Assembly (NCBI GenBank): GCA_965250285.1
Contig: OZ252299.1
Location: 3,296,001-3,360,000 of the forward strand
DNA from: Myxococcota bacterium
Lineage (GTDB): Bacteria > Myxococcota_A > UBA9160 > UBA4427
Direction of reading: 5' to 3'
Length of the DNA stretch: 64,000 nt
Translations under genes and position numbers: made by a program
Notes under the pieces: model-generated
The model's database searches: none
What the model was told of the DNA's origin: nothing
The model's input: only the letters and a program-made list of their open reading frames with translations
Shown here: in pieces, positions 40,197 through 51,988 of the stretch
Position numbering within the stretch: position 1 is the stretch's first letter
How the letters are laid out: the number at the start of each line of letters is the position of its first letter

Positions 40197-41134
40197 GAGG
40201 TGGCGTGAGCGCGGCGCTCGCAGTGCTCATCGGGCTCGCGGCCCCGCCGGATGCGCGGAGCTGCGAGGCTCGCGTCGAGCTCGACCCGCCCAAGGCGTGG
40301 ACGGGACAACAGGTGCTGCACGAGATCGTGATTCGCGGCGTCGACGAGCGCGCGACGATCGAATGGATCCACCCGCCGAGCTTTCCCGATGTGCGCGCCA
40401 TGCCCCTGCCCCCCGCGCCGACCACAGCTGTCGACCCGCCCGACACCCGGCGACAGCGTCGCGCGCTGCATCCCGCGCGCGCGGGGAGGCTGACGCTGCC
40501 GGCCACGCCCTATCGCTGTCGGCCCTCGGGCGATGCCGTGTCGATCGAAGCCCGAACGCCCGAGGTGGTCCTCGACGTCGAGGACCCGCCGCGCGAGGGA
40601 CGGCCGGCGACGTGGCGCGGGCTCGTCGGTCGACCCAGACTTCTTGTGCAGGCCAGCCCGACGCGCGTGCGCGTCGGGGAGACCGCGCGCGTCGTGGCGA
40701 CGCTGACTGGCCCCGGGCTGATGCGACGAGCCGGCTTGACGTGGCCCAGCGCAGCGCTCGAAGCGAGCGAGGTCGCCCCCGAACTCTTCGCGTCGCCGCC
40801 GAGGCATCGCGCGCAGCTCGGGCTGCAGCACGGAACCCGGCGCGTCGAAACGCTCGAGATCGTGCCGCACGCCACCGGCGAGCTCTGGATCCCCGCGATC
40901 GAGGTCGCGTACTTCGACCCCGATGCCGGGACCTACGGCGTGGTCGCGAGCGATGCGGTGGCCATCGAGGTGCTCGCCGAAGCGCCCCCCGGCGCTTTGG
41001 GTGAGGCGACCGGCGCGCGCGCGGCCTCTCGCGATGGCCCGGGCGGCGCGCGAGGTCGGGCTGCGTGGATGATCGCGACCGGGGCCGGGATCGGGCTCGT
41101 CGTATGGGCGTGGGTTCGCCGGTCGCGCCGCTAG
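40193..41134 (+). CDS. BatD-like protein
   Basis: Signal peptide; two Ig-like repeats (VRVGE, IPAIEVAYFDP); C-terminal TM with RRSRR. Confidence 0.7.
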   Translation: MRGGVSAALAVLIGLAAPPDARSCEARVELDPPKAWTGQQVLHEIVIRGVDERATIEWIHPPSFPDVRAMPLPPAPTTAVDPPDTRRQRRALHPARAGRLTLPATPYRCRPSGDAVSIEARTPEVVLDVEDPPREGRPATWRGLVGRPRLLVQASPTRVRVGETARVVATLTGPGLMRRAGLTWPSAALEASEVAPELFASPPRHRAQLGLQHGTRRVETLEIVPHATGELWIPAIEVAYFDPDAGTYGVVASDAVAIEVLAEAPPGALGEATGARAASRDGPGGARGRAAWMIATGAGIGLVVWAWVRRSRR

Positions 41135-42135
41135 ACGAAGCGGTCGAGGCCCGACACCGCATCGCGGCCGCCATCGGCGGCGCGGCGGTACGGCGGATCG
41201 AGCAGCTCATCGATGCGGTCGGTCACGCGCGCGGCGATGGCCTCGAACTCGCGACGGTGCTTGTGCTCGGCCTCGGCCGAGAACGGCGCGAACGCTTCAC
41301 TCACATGATGCTCGGCGAGGTCTTCGTAGCGGATCGGTTCGCCAAAGCGGTAGACGACGCGACCGCGCTTGGCCCACGGCGAGCCGCCCGGATACAGGCG
41401 GTCGCTGCCGTTGCAGCCCACCGGCACGATCGGCTGCTTCAGGTGAAGCGCCATCTGCGCGATGCCGACATGCGCCGGCAGCAGCCGCGTCGAGCGCGTG
41501 CCCTGTGGAAAGATCAGGATGTCGAGCCCGTTGCGACTCGTCTCTTCGTTGAGCTCGACGAAGCGCCGCATCATCAGGCCGAACGTCTCGTTCACGTGCG
41601 CCGCGAAATCGGTCTTGCTCGGATCGAAGGGGTGGCCGAGGACGTTGCGCGGCTCATCCAGCAGGGATCGCGGCAGCGCGTCAGCGTCGGGGATCACGTC
41701 GGCGTTCGGCCCGAGCGACGTTCCGTCGATCCAGCGCCGGAGCGTCTCGTACTCTTCGGTGGTCGGCAGACGCCCGACCGCCGCTTCGAACTCCTTCGTG
41801 ATGATGTAGCCGCGACTCACCGTCGGCAGCTGGTTCGTCTTCTCCATGAACTCGCCGACGAACCACTGCTCGTAGTACTTGCCCTTCACCCACGTCGCCA
41901 TGTAGCGGCGTTGCAGCGTCCAGAAGTGGTGCAGGAACGGAAAGTAGTTGTACCGGTCGGTGTGGTTCATCGCGAAGATGACCTTCTCTTCCGGGACGCG
42001 GTCGAGGTGCTCGAACTCGATGTCGACGCCGCCCGGGATCCAGTCGTAGTTCAGCACGATCAACCAGGCGGTGACGTCCTGGAAGAAGGGCTGCTCACTC
42101 AGACGAATTCGATCCAGGCGCGGCAGATCGAGCAT
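41131..42135 (-). CDS. Lysophospholipid acyltransferase (PlsC family), variant motifs
   Basis: IFAMNHTDRYN, IFPQGTRS, PIVPV and FGEPI motifs. Confidence 0.8.
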   Translation of the reverse strand: MLDLPRLDRIRLSEQPFFQDVTAWLIVLNYDWIPGGVDIEFEHLDRVPEEKVIFAMNHTDRYNYFPFLHHFWTLQRRYMATWVKGKYYEQWFVGEFMEKTNQLPTVSRGYIITKEFEAAVGRLPTTEEYETLRRWIDGTSLGPNADVIPDADALPRSLLDEPRNVLGHPFDPSKTDFAAHVNETFGLMMRRFVELNEETSRNGLDILIFPQGTRSTRLLPAHVGIAQMALHLKQPIVPVGCNGSDRLYPGGSPWAKRGRVVYRFGEPIRYEDLAEHHVSEAFAPFSAEAEHKHRREFEAIAARVTDRIDELLDPPYRRAADGGRDAVSGLDRFV

Positions 42136-42237
42136 TCGGGCGCACTCCTCGCTCGGTGAAGCGGGGCGCCTCCCCTCTCCACCATTCGGCTCGCGGGCAG
42201 TCTAACGGCATGCTGCGCACGCGCGCACGCACGACCG

Positions 42238-42882
42238 TCAGTCGCGAGCCCTTTTCGAGCCGGGTCGTGTGAGGCCGAGCCCGGGATGGCCGGGCCACGC
42301 ACCGGTCGAGCCGGCGTCGTCGTCCTCGCGGAGGATCGACAACGCCGCGACGTCTTCGAACGGTGTGAGCTGTGCCCCGGTCGGGTCGAGCGCCTCGAGC
42401 GAGGCGCCCTCGAGCCAGACGACGTCGAGACCGCGCAGGGCGCGGTCGACGTCGGTGAGACCTTCGGCCAGAGCGGCGCGCAGCGCCGGCCCGACGGCCG
42501 AGCAGCGATAGCGTGCGCAGGTCGTGTGTCGGCCCAGGTCGTCGCGCGGGATCGCGGCGTCGGCGTCGGGCAGCCCCGTGAGCCCGATCACCAGATCGGG
42601 GCGAAGCCGCGGCCGGTCGGCCGACAACACCACCACGTACTCGGTCTCGACGGCGTCGACGGCCGCGGCGATCGCCTCGGTCTCGTCCCCGGCGTGCTCG
42701 ACCACGACGACGTGCTCGCAGATCTCGGCGAGCAGCGCAGCGGCGCGCTCGGCGAGGGTCGAATTGCCGAGCCGGTGCGCGTGCACACCCCGCGTGATGT
42801 CGCAGAGGACGACCCCCGCCGTGTGTCCCAGGCGGCTGTCCGCGACACCGGCGGCGCGATCGGAACGCGACGCTTCGGTCAC
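42238..42882 (-). CDS. Degenerate MobA-like NTP transferase
   Basis: Downstream of moeA; TAGVVL, TLAERA, VVVLSADRP and AAIPR follow MobA spacing; start uncertain. Confidence 0.55.
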   Translation of the reverse strand: MTEASRSDRAAGVADSRLGHTAGVVLCDITRGVHAHRLGNSTLAERAAALLAEICEHVVVVEHAGDETEAIAAAVDAVETEYVVVLSADRPRLRPDLVIGLTGLPDADAAIPRDDLGRHTTCARYRCSAVGPALRAALAEGLTDVDRALRGLDVVWLEGASLEALDPTGAQLTPFEDVAALSILREDDDAGSTGAWPGHPGLGLTRPGSKRARD

Positions 42883-42976
42883 GCGCCCGGCCCGGGATGC
42901 GCCCGCGGGCGGACGGCGCGGCGCGAAGCGGCACCCGCGCACCGCACGGTCCGACGGCCAGGACGCCGCCCGTGGT

Positions 42977-44251
42977 TCACGCTTCGAAGCCCGCGTCGAG
43001 CCGCCACAGCGCGCGATCGTCGATCACCTGCACCGTGACACGATCGCCTGCCTCGAGCCGGGTCGCGTCAGCGGGGAAGACGAGCAGACCGTGGGCGTCG
43101 CTCATCGAGCGCATTACGCCCGAGCTCTGGTTGCCCGTGCTGACCGCGTGAATCACGTCGCCGTCGCGCTCGAGGCGAACGCGCACGAAGTGTGCGCGCC
43201 CCGGCTTCTTGCTCATCGGCGCGTCGAGCACCGCCTCGATCGTCGGCCGGAAGCGGCGCGCTTCGCCCTGCATCTTGAGCAGCACCGGCCGAACGAACTG
43301 CTCGAACGTGACCGACGCCGACACCGGGTTGCCCGGCAGGCCGAAGACGAGCGGCCCGGGGCGACCCTCGCCCGCGCTCGCGAGCCGGCCGAATGCGACG
43401 GGATAGCCGGGCTTCATGCGGACGCCCCAGAACTCGAGCTTGCAGCCGAGTCGCTCGAGCACGTTGCGGACGTGATCGTGGTCGCCGACCGATACACCGG
43501 CGCTGCTCACGATCACGTCGGCGTGCAGCCCGGAGCGCAGGCGCTCCTCGATGTGATCGGGGTCGTCGCGAGCGATCCCGAGGTAGAGCGGATCGGCGCC
43601 GATCTCGCGGGCCTGCTCCGCCAGGGTGTAGGAGTTCGAAGAAACGATGCGCCCGCCGCGCACGTCGCCATCGGGCTCGACGAGCTCGTCGCCGCCCGAC
43701 AGGAGCGCGAGTCGCGGGCGACGATGCACCGCGACGAAGGAGCGACCGAGCGAGGCGAGCACGCCGACCTGTGCCGAGCCGATGCGCTGGCCCGCATCGA
43801 GGACGCGGTCACCGATCTGCAGGTCTTCGCCGGCCAGGCGGATGTGATCGCCGCGCGGCGGGGGCGACTCGAACGCGACGCGTTCACCCTCGGCGGCGAC
43901 GACCTCTTGCATCACCACCGTGTCGGCGCCGGGCGGAACGGGCGCGCCGGTGAAGATGCGCGCGGTCTCGCCCGCCGCGAGGGGGCGCGGCGCTTCGCCG
44001 CCGGCCGGCACTTCGTAGGCCAGTGCGAGTCGCACCTCGGCGCCCGCTGCGGCAGCAGCGAGATCAGCGGCACGGACGGCATACCCGTCCATCGCCGAGC
44101 TGTCTGCGGGGGGCAGCGTGCGGGTGCTCTCGACCGACTCGGCGAGCACGCGGCCGGTGGCGTCTCCCACCGAGACTGTCTCGGCACCGAGGACCGGGGC
44201 GGCCTCGAGGACGTGGGCCTGGGCTTCGGCGACGCTGATCCCCTCACGCAT
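42977..44251 (-). CDS. moeA: Molybdopterin molybdotransferase
   Basis: SAMDGYA, RIFTGAPVPPGAD, GDELVE, GVSVGDHD, MKPGYP, GLPGNPVS and QSSG motifs. Confidence 0.96.
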   Translation of the reverse strand: MREGISVAEAQAHVLEAAPVLGAETVSVGDATGRVLAESVESTRTLPPADSSAMDGYAVRAADLAAAAAGAEVRLALAYEVPAGGEAPRPLAAGETARIFTGAPVPPGADTVVMQEVVAAEGERVAFESPPPRGDHIRLAGEDLQIGDRVLDAGQRIGSAQVGVLASLGRSFVAVHRRPRLALLSGGDELVEPDGDVRGGRIVSSNSYTLAEQAREIGADPLYLGIARDDPDHIEERLRSGLHADVIVSSAGVSVGDHDHVRNVLERLGCKLEFWGVRMKPGYPVAFGRLASAGEGRPGPLVFGLPGNPVSASVTFEQFVRPVLLKMQGEARRFRPTIEAVLDAPMSKKPGRAHFVRVRLERDGDVIHAVSTGNQSSGVMRSMSDAHGLLVFPADATRLEAGDRVTVQVIDDRALWRLDAGFEA

Positions 44252-44316
44252 GGGGCGCAGAGTACCCCGAATTCAAAGGCGTTTCCCGGCCCTCGCCGGC
44301 GATCGATCGGCCGATC

Positions 44317-44370
44317 TGCCCAATATGCAGGCACGCGCGCGGGCTGCTAGATTGCCCATTTTTTGGGCAA
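44317..44370. promoter_or_regulatory. Two NtrC-type 17-bp boxes flanking an extended -10 upstream of ntrB
   Basis: TGCCCAATATGCAGGCA (44317-44333) and TGCCCATTTTTTGGGCA (44353-44369); TGCTAGATT at 44345-44353. Confidence 0.7.
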
Positions 44371-44425
44371 CTACGCGCAGTGGCGCGCGAGCCCCCGCCC
44401 TTCCCGCCGAGGCCCTCCGAGCGCG

Positions 44426-45631
44426 ATGCCCCAGCTTCCGCCGATCCCGACCCCCGACTTCGAAGGCCTGCTCGAGGCGTTCGTCGACGGCTTCGTCGTG
44501 CTCGATGGCGAAGGACGCATCCTGCGTCTCAACAGCGAAGCCAGTCGCATCCTCGAGACGTCGACCGAGCACGCGCTCGGCCTGACGATGGGTGACGTCC
44601 TCGGCGCCAGCCACCCGCTCGCGCTGCTCGTCGGGCAGGTGCTCGAGAGCGGTCGGCCCGCGGTGCAGGATGGTGTGCCCGTCGAACAGCGACACGGCGA
44701 ACGACTCGAGGTGTCGGTGTCGTTCTCGCCGATCGACGGCGAGATCGAAGGCGCGTCGACGATCGGTGTGCTGCGCGATCGCACCACGCTCAACACCCTG
44801 CGCGAGCAGTTCTCGAACGCCGAACGACTCGCGTCGTACGGTCACATTGCGGCCGGCATCGCCCACGAAGTGAAGAACCCGCTCGGCGGCATCCGCGGCG
44901 CGGCCGAGCTGCTCGGTCTCTGGGGAAAGGAGGACGATCGCGCCAGCCGAACGGCCGACATGATCGTGCGCGAGGTCGATCGCATCACCGGCCTCGTCGA
45001 AGAGCTGATGGTGTTCGCACGCGGTGACCGGCTCGAAGTCGCGAGCGTGAACGTGCACAGGCTTCTCGACGAGATGATCCAGAACGCCGAGCTCGATACG
45101 GCAGCGACCGGTGTCGAGTTCGATCGGCAGTACGACCCCTCGATCCCCGAAGTCGAGGCCGATGCGGCCCGCCTCACCCAGGTGTTCCTCAATCTCGTGC
45201 GCAACTCGATTCAGGCGATGGAAGAGGCCGACACCGACGTGCGTCGCATCACGATCGTGACGCGCATGCCCCTCGACCATCGCCTGACCGGGGCGAGCGG
45301 ACGGCCGATCCCCACCGTCCAGGTCTCGATGCGCGATACCGGGCCAGGGATCGCGCCCGACGTGCTCGCTCGCCTGGCCACCCCGTTCTTCACCACCAAG
45401 ACCAAGGGCACGGGCCTCGGGCTCGCCGTCTCGCGCCACTGGGTCGACCGCCACGGCGGGCGACTGCGCATCGAGAGCGCGCTCGAACACGGCACCCAGG
45501 TGCACGTCGACCTGCCGCTCCAGGCCCAGGCGCGGCCCGAGGACGTCTCCGAAGCCGCCGGTGAACCCACTGAACGCGCGGTCGACGACCCCGATGTCGG
45601 CAGTCCACGCGGACGCCACCACGGGATCTGA
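44426..45631 (+). CDS. ntrB: PAS histidine kinase, NtrB-like
   Basis: PAS domain, no TM; AHEVKNPLGGIRGAAELL, YDPSIP, NLVRNS, DTGPG, PFFTTK and GTGLGL motifs. Confidence 0.82.
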   Translation: MPQLPPIPTPDFEGLLEAFVDGFVVLDGEGRILRLNSEASRILETSTEHALGLTMGDVLGASHPLALLVGQVLESGRPAVQDGVPVEQRHGERLEVSVSFSPIDGEIEGASTIGVLRDRTTLNTLREQFSNAERLASYGHIAAGIAHEVKNPLGGIRGAAELLGLWGKEDDRASRTADMIVREVDRITGLVEELMVFARGDRLEVASVNVHRLLDEMIQNAELDTAATGVEFDRQYDPSIPEVEADAARLTQVFLNLVRNSIQAMEEADTDVRRITIVTRMPLDHRLTGASGRPIPTVQVSMRDTGPGIAPDVLARLATPFFTTKTKGTGLGLAVSRHWVDRHGGRLRIESALEHGTQVHVDLPLQAQARPEDVSEAAGEPTERAVDDPDVGSPRGRHHGI

Positions 45632-45714
45632 GCCCGCACGCCTGCCCCGATTCCGCCCCACCCTGAACCGAGCGGCGACGCCCACTGCGCGCCGACCCGA
45701 CGGAGCAAAGAGAC

Positions 45715-47166
45715 ATGTACACCGACCTCCAGCCCATGCGCGTGCTCGTCGCCGACGACGAGCCGTCGATCCGGTTCGTGCTGCGTGAGGCGCTCGAAGC
45801 GGAGGGCCACGACGTCGTCGACGTCGAGGATGGCCAGAGCGCTTCGGATACGCTGGCCGCCGAAGCTTTCGATCTCGCGATCCTCGACGTACGCATGCCG
45901 GGCATGACCGGCATCCAGGTGCTCGATCAGCTGCGGGCCACCGGCAACCAGACCGCCGTCGTCATCATCACGGCGCAGAACACGATGGACAACGCGGTCG
46001 ATGCCATGAAGGCGGGTGCGCTCGACTACCTCGTCAAACCGTTCACCCTCGCCGACGTATCGGCCCTCGCCGAGAAGGCCCGCAGCGCACGCGCGCTGCA
46101 GGAAGAGGTGCGGCAGCTGCGTCGAGAGGTGGGCCGGGCGGCGGCGCCGGGGGGCGAACGGCTCGTCGGCTCGAGCGGCGCGTTGCTCGAGATCTTCAAG
46201 GTCGTCGGCAAAGTCGCTTCGCGAAACGTGCCCGTACTGATCACCGGCGAGAGCGGGACGGGCAAGGAGCTCGTCGCCCGCGCGATCCACGGCGCGAGCC
46301 CTCGAGGTGAGGGCCCGATGATCGCCGTGAACGCAGCGGCGATCCCGCGCGAGCTGCTCGAGAGCGAGCTCTTCGGCCATGAACGCGGCGCGTTCACGGG
46401 CGCCGTGCAGGCGCGCGCCGGCCGGTTCCGCGAAGCGTCGGGGGGAACGCTCTTCCTCGACGAGATCGGCGACATGCCGATCGAGCTGCAGGCCAAGCTG
46501 CTGCGCGTGCTGCAGAGCGGGGAGGTGACGCCGGTGGGCGGGCGCACGCCGGTGCACGTCGACGTTCGCATCGTCGCAGCCACCCACCGCGATCTCGATC
46601 AGGCCGTGCGCGACGGCGAATTTCGCGAAGACCTGCTGTACCGGCTGCGGGTCGTTCCGGTCGCGATCCCGGCACTGCGCGAGCGGCGCGAGGACGTGCG
46701 TACGCTGGCGCACCACTTCGTCGACAAGTACTCCGCCGAGCTCGCCGACGAGAGCGTCGGCCTCGCCGAGGCGACGATCCACAAGCTCGAGCACTACGAC
46801 TGGCCCGGCAACGTGCGCGAGCTCGAGAACGCGGTGAAGCGTGCGCTCGTGCTGGCGACGAGCAACGTGCTCACGCCTTCCGACTTCGAGTTTCTCGAGG
46901 ACGTGGGCAGCGAGCGACCGGCGGGGGCGAGCCTCGATGAGCTGGTCTCGCTCGAGGTCGGGGCCGCGCTCGACGGTCCCGAGACGGGTGACATCTATCG
47001 ACAGGTGATCGAGAAGGTCGAGCGACCGCTGATCGCGCGCGTGCTGTCGGCCACCGACGGCAACCAGCTGAAGGCCGCGGCGCTGCTCGGCATCAACCGC
47101 AACACGCTGCGCAAGAAGATCTCGGAGCTCGGCATCGAGCTGCCGTCGCGGCCCCGGCTCGGATGA
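45715..47166 (+). CDS. ntrC: Sigma54-dependent response regulator, NtrC-like
   Basis: REC domain; [45 protein letters not shown]. Confidence 0.85.
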   Translation: MYTDLQPMRVLVADDEPSIRFVLREALEAEGHDVVDVEDGQSASDTLAAEAFDLAILDVRMPGMTGIQVLDQLRATGNQTAVVIITAQNTMDNAVDAMKAGALDYLVKPFTLADVSALAEKARSARALQEEVRQLRREVGRAAAPGGERLVGSSGALLEIFKVVGKVASRNVPVLITGESGTGKELVARAIHGASPRGEGPMIAVNAAAIPRELLESELFGHERGAFTGAVQARAGRFREASGGTLFLDEIGDMPIELQAKLLRVLQSGEVTPVGGRTPVHVDVRIVAATHRDLDQAVRDGEFREDLLYRLRVVPVAIPALRERREDVRTLAHHFVDKYSAELADESVGLAEATIHKLEHYDWPGNVRELENAVKRALVLATSNVLTPSDFEFLEDVGSERPAGASLDELVSLEVGAALDGPETGDIYRQVIEKVERPLIARVLSATDGNQLKAAALLGINRNTLRKKISELGIELPSRPRLG

Positions 47167-47831
47167 GCGCCTGCGAGGCGCGACGCGGCGACCGCTACGC
47201 GGGACTGCACGTGCTCTGCGACGACGATCCGCGCTGGCCCATCGACGTGATCGAACAGGCACGGGGGGCCTGCGAGGGCGGGGCTTCGGTGGTGCAGCTG
47301 CGCACGAAGCACGCGACCGATCGTCAAGCACTCGACTGGGCTCGGGCGCTGCGCGCGATCACGCGCGATGCGGGCGTCGCGTTCGTGGTGAACGATCGAT
47401 TCGATCTGGCCCTCGCGGCCGACGCCGACGCGGTGCACCTCGGCCAGAACGACCTGCCGCCGGGCGCCCTCCCCGCCGCGGCGCGCGAGCAGCTCGCGGT
47501 CGGCCGTTCGACCCATACGCTCGATCAGGCGCGTGCGGCGGCGAACGAACCCGTCGACTATGTCGCCATCGGGCCGGTCTACGGAACGCAGTCGAAGCAG
47601 AGCGCGTACTCGGCGCGTGGACTCGACACGCTGGCCGAAGTCGTTCGGATCGTCGCGCCGAAGCCCGTCGTCGCGATCGGCGGCATCGGCCTCGACGGGC
47701 TCGCGCCCTTGATCGCCGCCGGCGCCCGGGGCGCCGCCGTGATCTCGGCAGTGACGGCCGCGAGCGACCCGGTGGCCGCGACCGCCGCCCTCGTGCGAGT
47801 CTTCGAGACGGAGGACGGCCCGCGTGGATGA
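47163..47831 (+). CDS. thiE: Thiamine phosphate synthase
   Basis: VQLRTK, VNDRFD, VHLGQND, GRSTH, GPVYGTQSK and VAIGGI motifs. Confidence 0.93.
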   Translation: MSACEARRGDRYAGLHVLCDDDPRWPIDVIEQARGACEGGASVVQLRTKHATDRQALDWARALRAITRDAGVAFVVNDRFDLALAADADAVHLGQNDLPPGALPAAAREQLAVGRSTHTLDQARAAANEPVDYVAIGPVYGTQSKQSAYSARGLDTLAEVVRIVAPKPVVAIGGIGLDGLAPLIAAGARGAAVISAVTAASDPVAATAALVRVFETEDGPRG

Positions 47832-49059
47832 CGTGCTGCCGCGCCTGATCTCGGCGTTCGGGTTCGTGTGCATGATCGGCATCGCGGTGGGGCTCTCCGA
47901 GCGCCGAAGCGCGATCGACTGGCGGCCCGTTGGCATCGGCGTGGCGATCCAGCTCGGGCTGGCCGCGCTGCTGCTCTGGACGCCCGCCGGCCGCGTGTTC
48001 TTCGAGCTCGCCGGCGCGCTGGTCGGGCGCCTGCTCGACTGGACCCAAGCCGGTACCGCGTTCGTGTTCGGGCCGCTCCTCGACGGGCCCTCGTTCGCGC
48101 TCGGGGTGCTCCCGGTCATCGTGTTCCTCGGCAGCGTCTTCGCGGTGCTCTACCACATCGGCTTGCTGCCCTGGCTCGTGCGACAGCTCGCGCGCGCGTT
48201 GTCGCGTTCGATGCGGCTCTCGGGCGCCGAGAGCCTGGCGGCCGTCGCGAACATCCTCGTCGGGATGGTCGAGAGCGCGCTCATCGTGAAGCCCTACGTC
48301 GCGCGCATGACACGATCCGAGCTCTTCACGATGATGGCGCTCGGCATGTCGACCGTGGCCGGCTCGGTGCTGGTCGCATACGTGCACTTTCTGGGCGGCG
48401 GCGACTACGCGGGCCACCTCATCACCGCGAGTCTGCTGTCGGCACCGGCCGGCGTGCTGATCGCCAAGATCCTCGTTCCCGAGACGGCGACGCCCGAGAC
48501 GGCGAGCGGTGCAGCCCCCCAGCCCGAGCGCACGACGTCGAACGTGATCGACGCCGCCGCCGAAGGCGCGATCAACGGGCTGCGCCTCGCGGCCTATGTC
48601 GGCGCCATGCTGCTCGCGTTCGTCGCGCTGATCGCCATGGTGAACGACGGCCTCGGCGCGCTCGGCGGTTTGGCGGGCTACCCCGAGCTCGACCTTCAGA
48701 CGATCTTCGGCGTCGCATTCGCGCCCTTCGCCTGGGTCATGGGCGTGCCCTGGTCCGAGGCGAAAGAGGTCGGCGCGCTGCTCGGGCTCAAGACCGTGCT
48801 GAACGAGTTCATCGCGTATCAGGCCCTCGGCGAAGCGATCGCAGCGGGCGAGCTCAGCGAACGCAGCCGCATCATCGCCTCGTACGCCCTCTGCGGGTTC
48901 GCGAATTTCGGCTCGCTGGCGATCCTGCTGGGCGGCCTCGCGGGCATCGCGCCCGAGCGGCGGGGCGAGGCGGCCTCGCTCGGCATCAAGTCGATCATCG
49001 CGGGCACGCTCGCGACGTTCATGACGGGCTGCGTGGCCGGCCTGTTCATCGCAGGCTGA
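47824..49059 (+). CDS. CNT-family nucleoside transporter (NupC/NupG-like)
   Basis: FVFG, STVAGSV, KTVLNEFIAY and YALCGFANFGS motifs. Confidence 0.92.
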   Translation: MDDVLPRLISAFGFVCMIGIAVGLSERRSAIDWRPVGIGVAIQLGLAALLLWTPAGRVFFELAGALVGRLLDWTQAGTAFVFGPLLDGPSFALGVLPVIVFLGSVFAVLYHIGLLPWLVRQLARALSRSMRLSGAESLAAVANILVGMVESALIVKPYVARMTRSELFTMMALGMSTVAGSVLVAYVHFLGGGDYAGHLITASLLSAPAGVLIAKILVPETATPETASGAAPQPERTTSNVIDAAAEGAINGLRLAAYVGAMLLAFVALIAMVNDGLGALGGLAGYPELDLQTIFGVAFAPFAWVMGVPWSEAKEVGALLGLKTVLNEFIAYQALGEAIAAGELSERSRIIASYALCGFANFGSLAILLGGLAGIAPERRGEAASLGIKSIIAGTLATFMTGCVAGLFIAG

Positions 49060-49093
49060 ACGCAGAGACCAGGCGAAATCGGCACAGTGAGCG

Positions 49094-51130
<2,037 letters not shown>

Positions 51131-51143
51131 GGAGACATGCACC

Positions 51144-51983
51144 ATGAAGCAGTTTCGAGATCGCGTGGCCGTGATCACGGGCGCGGGCAGCGGCATCGGC
51201 CGAGCGCTCGCACACGCGCTCGCTGACGAAGGCTGTCATCTCGCGCTCGTCGATGTCGACGAAGAACGCCTCGAAGCCGCGCAGATCGAGCTCGGCGAGA
51301 CGGATCGAAAGGTCACGACGTACGTCGTCGACGTCGCCGACCGCGAGGCGATGGAGAAGCTGCCCGGCCACGTCGTCGCCGATCACGGCGCCGCACACAT
51401 CGTCATCAACAACGCCGGCGTCACGGTCGTGGGCGACGTCGAGACGCAGAGCTTCGAAGACCTCGATTGGATCGTCGGCATCAACTGGTGGGGCGTGCTG
51501 TATGGCTGCAAGTTCTTCATCCCGATCCTGAAGCGACAGGAAGAAGCCCACATCGTGAACCTGTCGAGCATGTTCGGATTGATCGGGCTGCCGACCCAGG
51601 GCGCGTACTGCGCGACGAAGGCGGCCGTGCGTTCGCTGTCCGAGACGCTGAGCGCCGAGCTCGCCCATACGAACGTGCGGGTTACGTCGGTGCATCCGGG
51701 CGGCATCCGCACGAACATCGCGACGGCCGCGCGTTGGGACAAAGACGCGCCCCAGACCGATCGAGCCGATCTGACCGATTTCTTCGATGGCCTGCGCGTC
51801 GGCCCCGACCACGCAGCCAAGCGCATCATCGGCGCGATGCGCGCCGAACGCACCCGACAGATCATCTGCGTGGAGACCTACGCGGTCGACTGGGTCAAAC
51901 GCCTCTTCCCGGCCGGCGTCACGCGGCTCGTCGATCGCTTCGCTCGCAAGCGCGCACGCGAGCAGACCGCGCAGGCGGGCTGA
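51144..51983 (+). CDS. Short-chain dehydrogenase/reductase
   Basis: TGAGSGIG, NNAG and YCATK motifs; GAGGAG upstream. Confidence 0.93.
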   Translation: MKQFRDRVAVITGAGSGIGRALAHALADEGCHLALVDVDEERLEAAQIELGETDRKVTTYVVDVADREAMEKLPGHVVADHGAAHIVINNAGVTVVGDVETQSFEDLDWIVGINWWGVLYGCKFFIPILKRQEEAHIVNLSSMFGLIGLPTQGAYCATKAAVRSLSETLSAELAHTNVRVTSVHPGGIRTNIATAARWDKDAPQTDRADLTDFFDGLRVGPDHAAKRIIGAMRAERTRQIICVETYAVDWVKRLFPAGVTRLVDRFARKRAREQTAQAG

Positions 51984-51988
51984 GCGCC

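Noticed and set aside
47100..47170. TPP riboswitch before thiE (also checked before thiD)
   Set aside because: thiE overlaps ntrC and leaves no leader, and I saw no CTGAGA-type TPP core near either gene.
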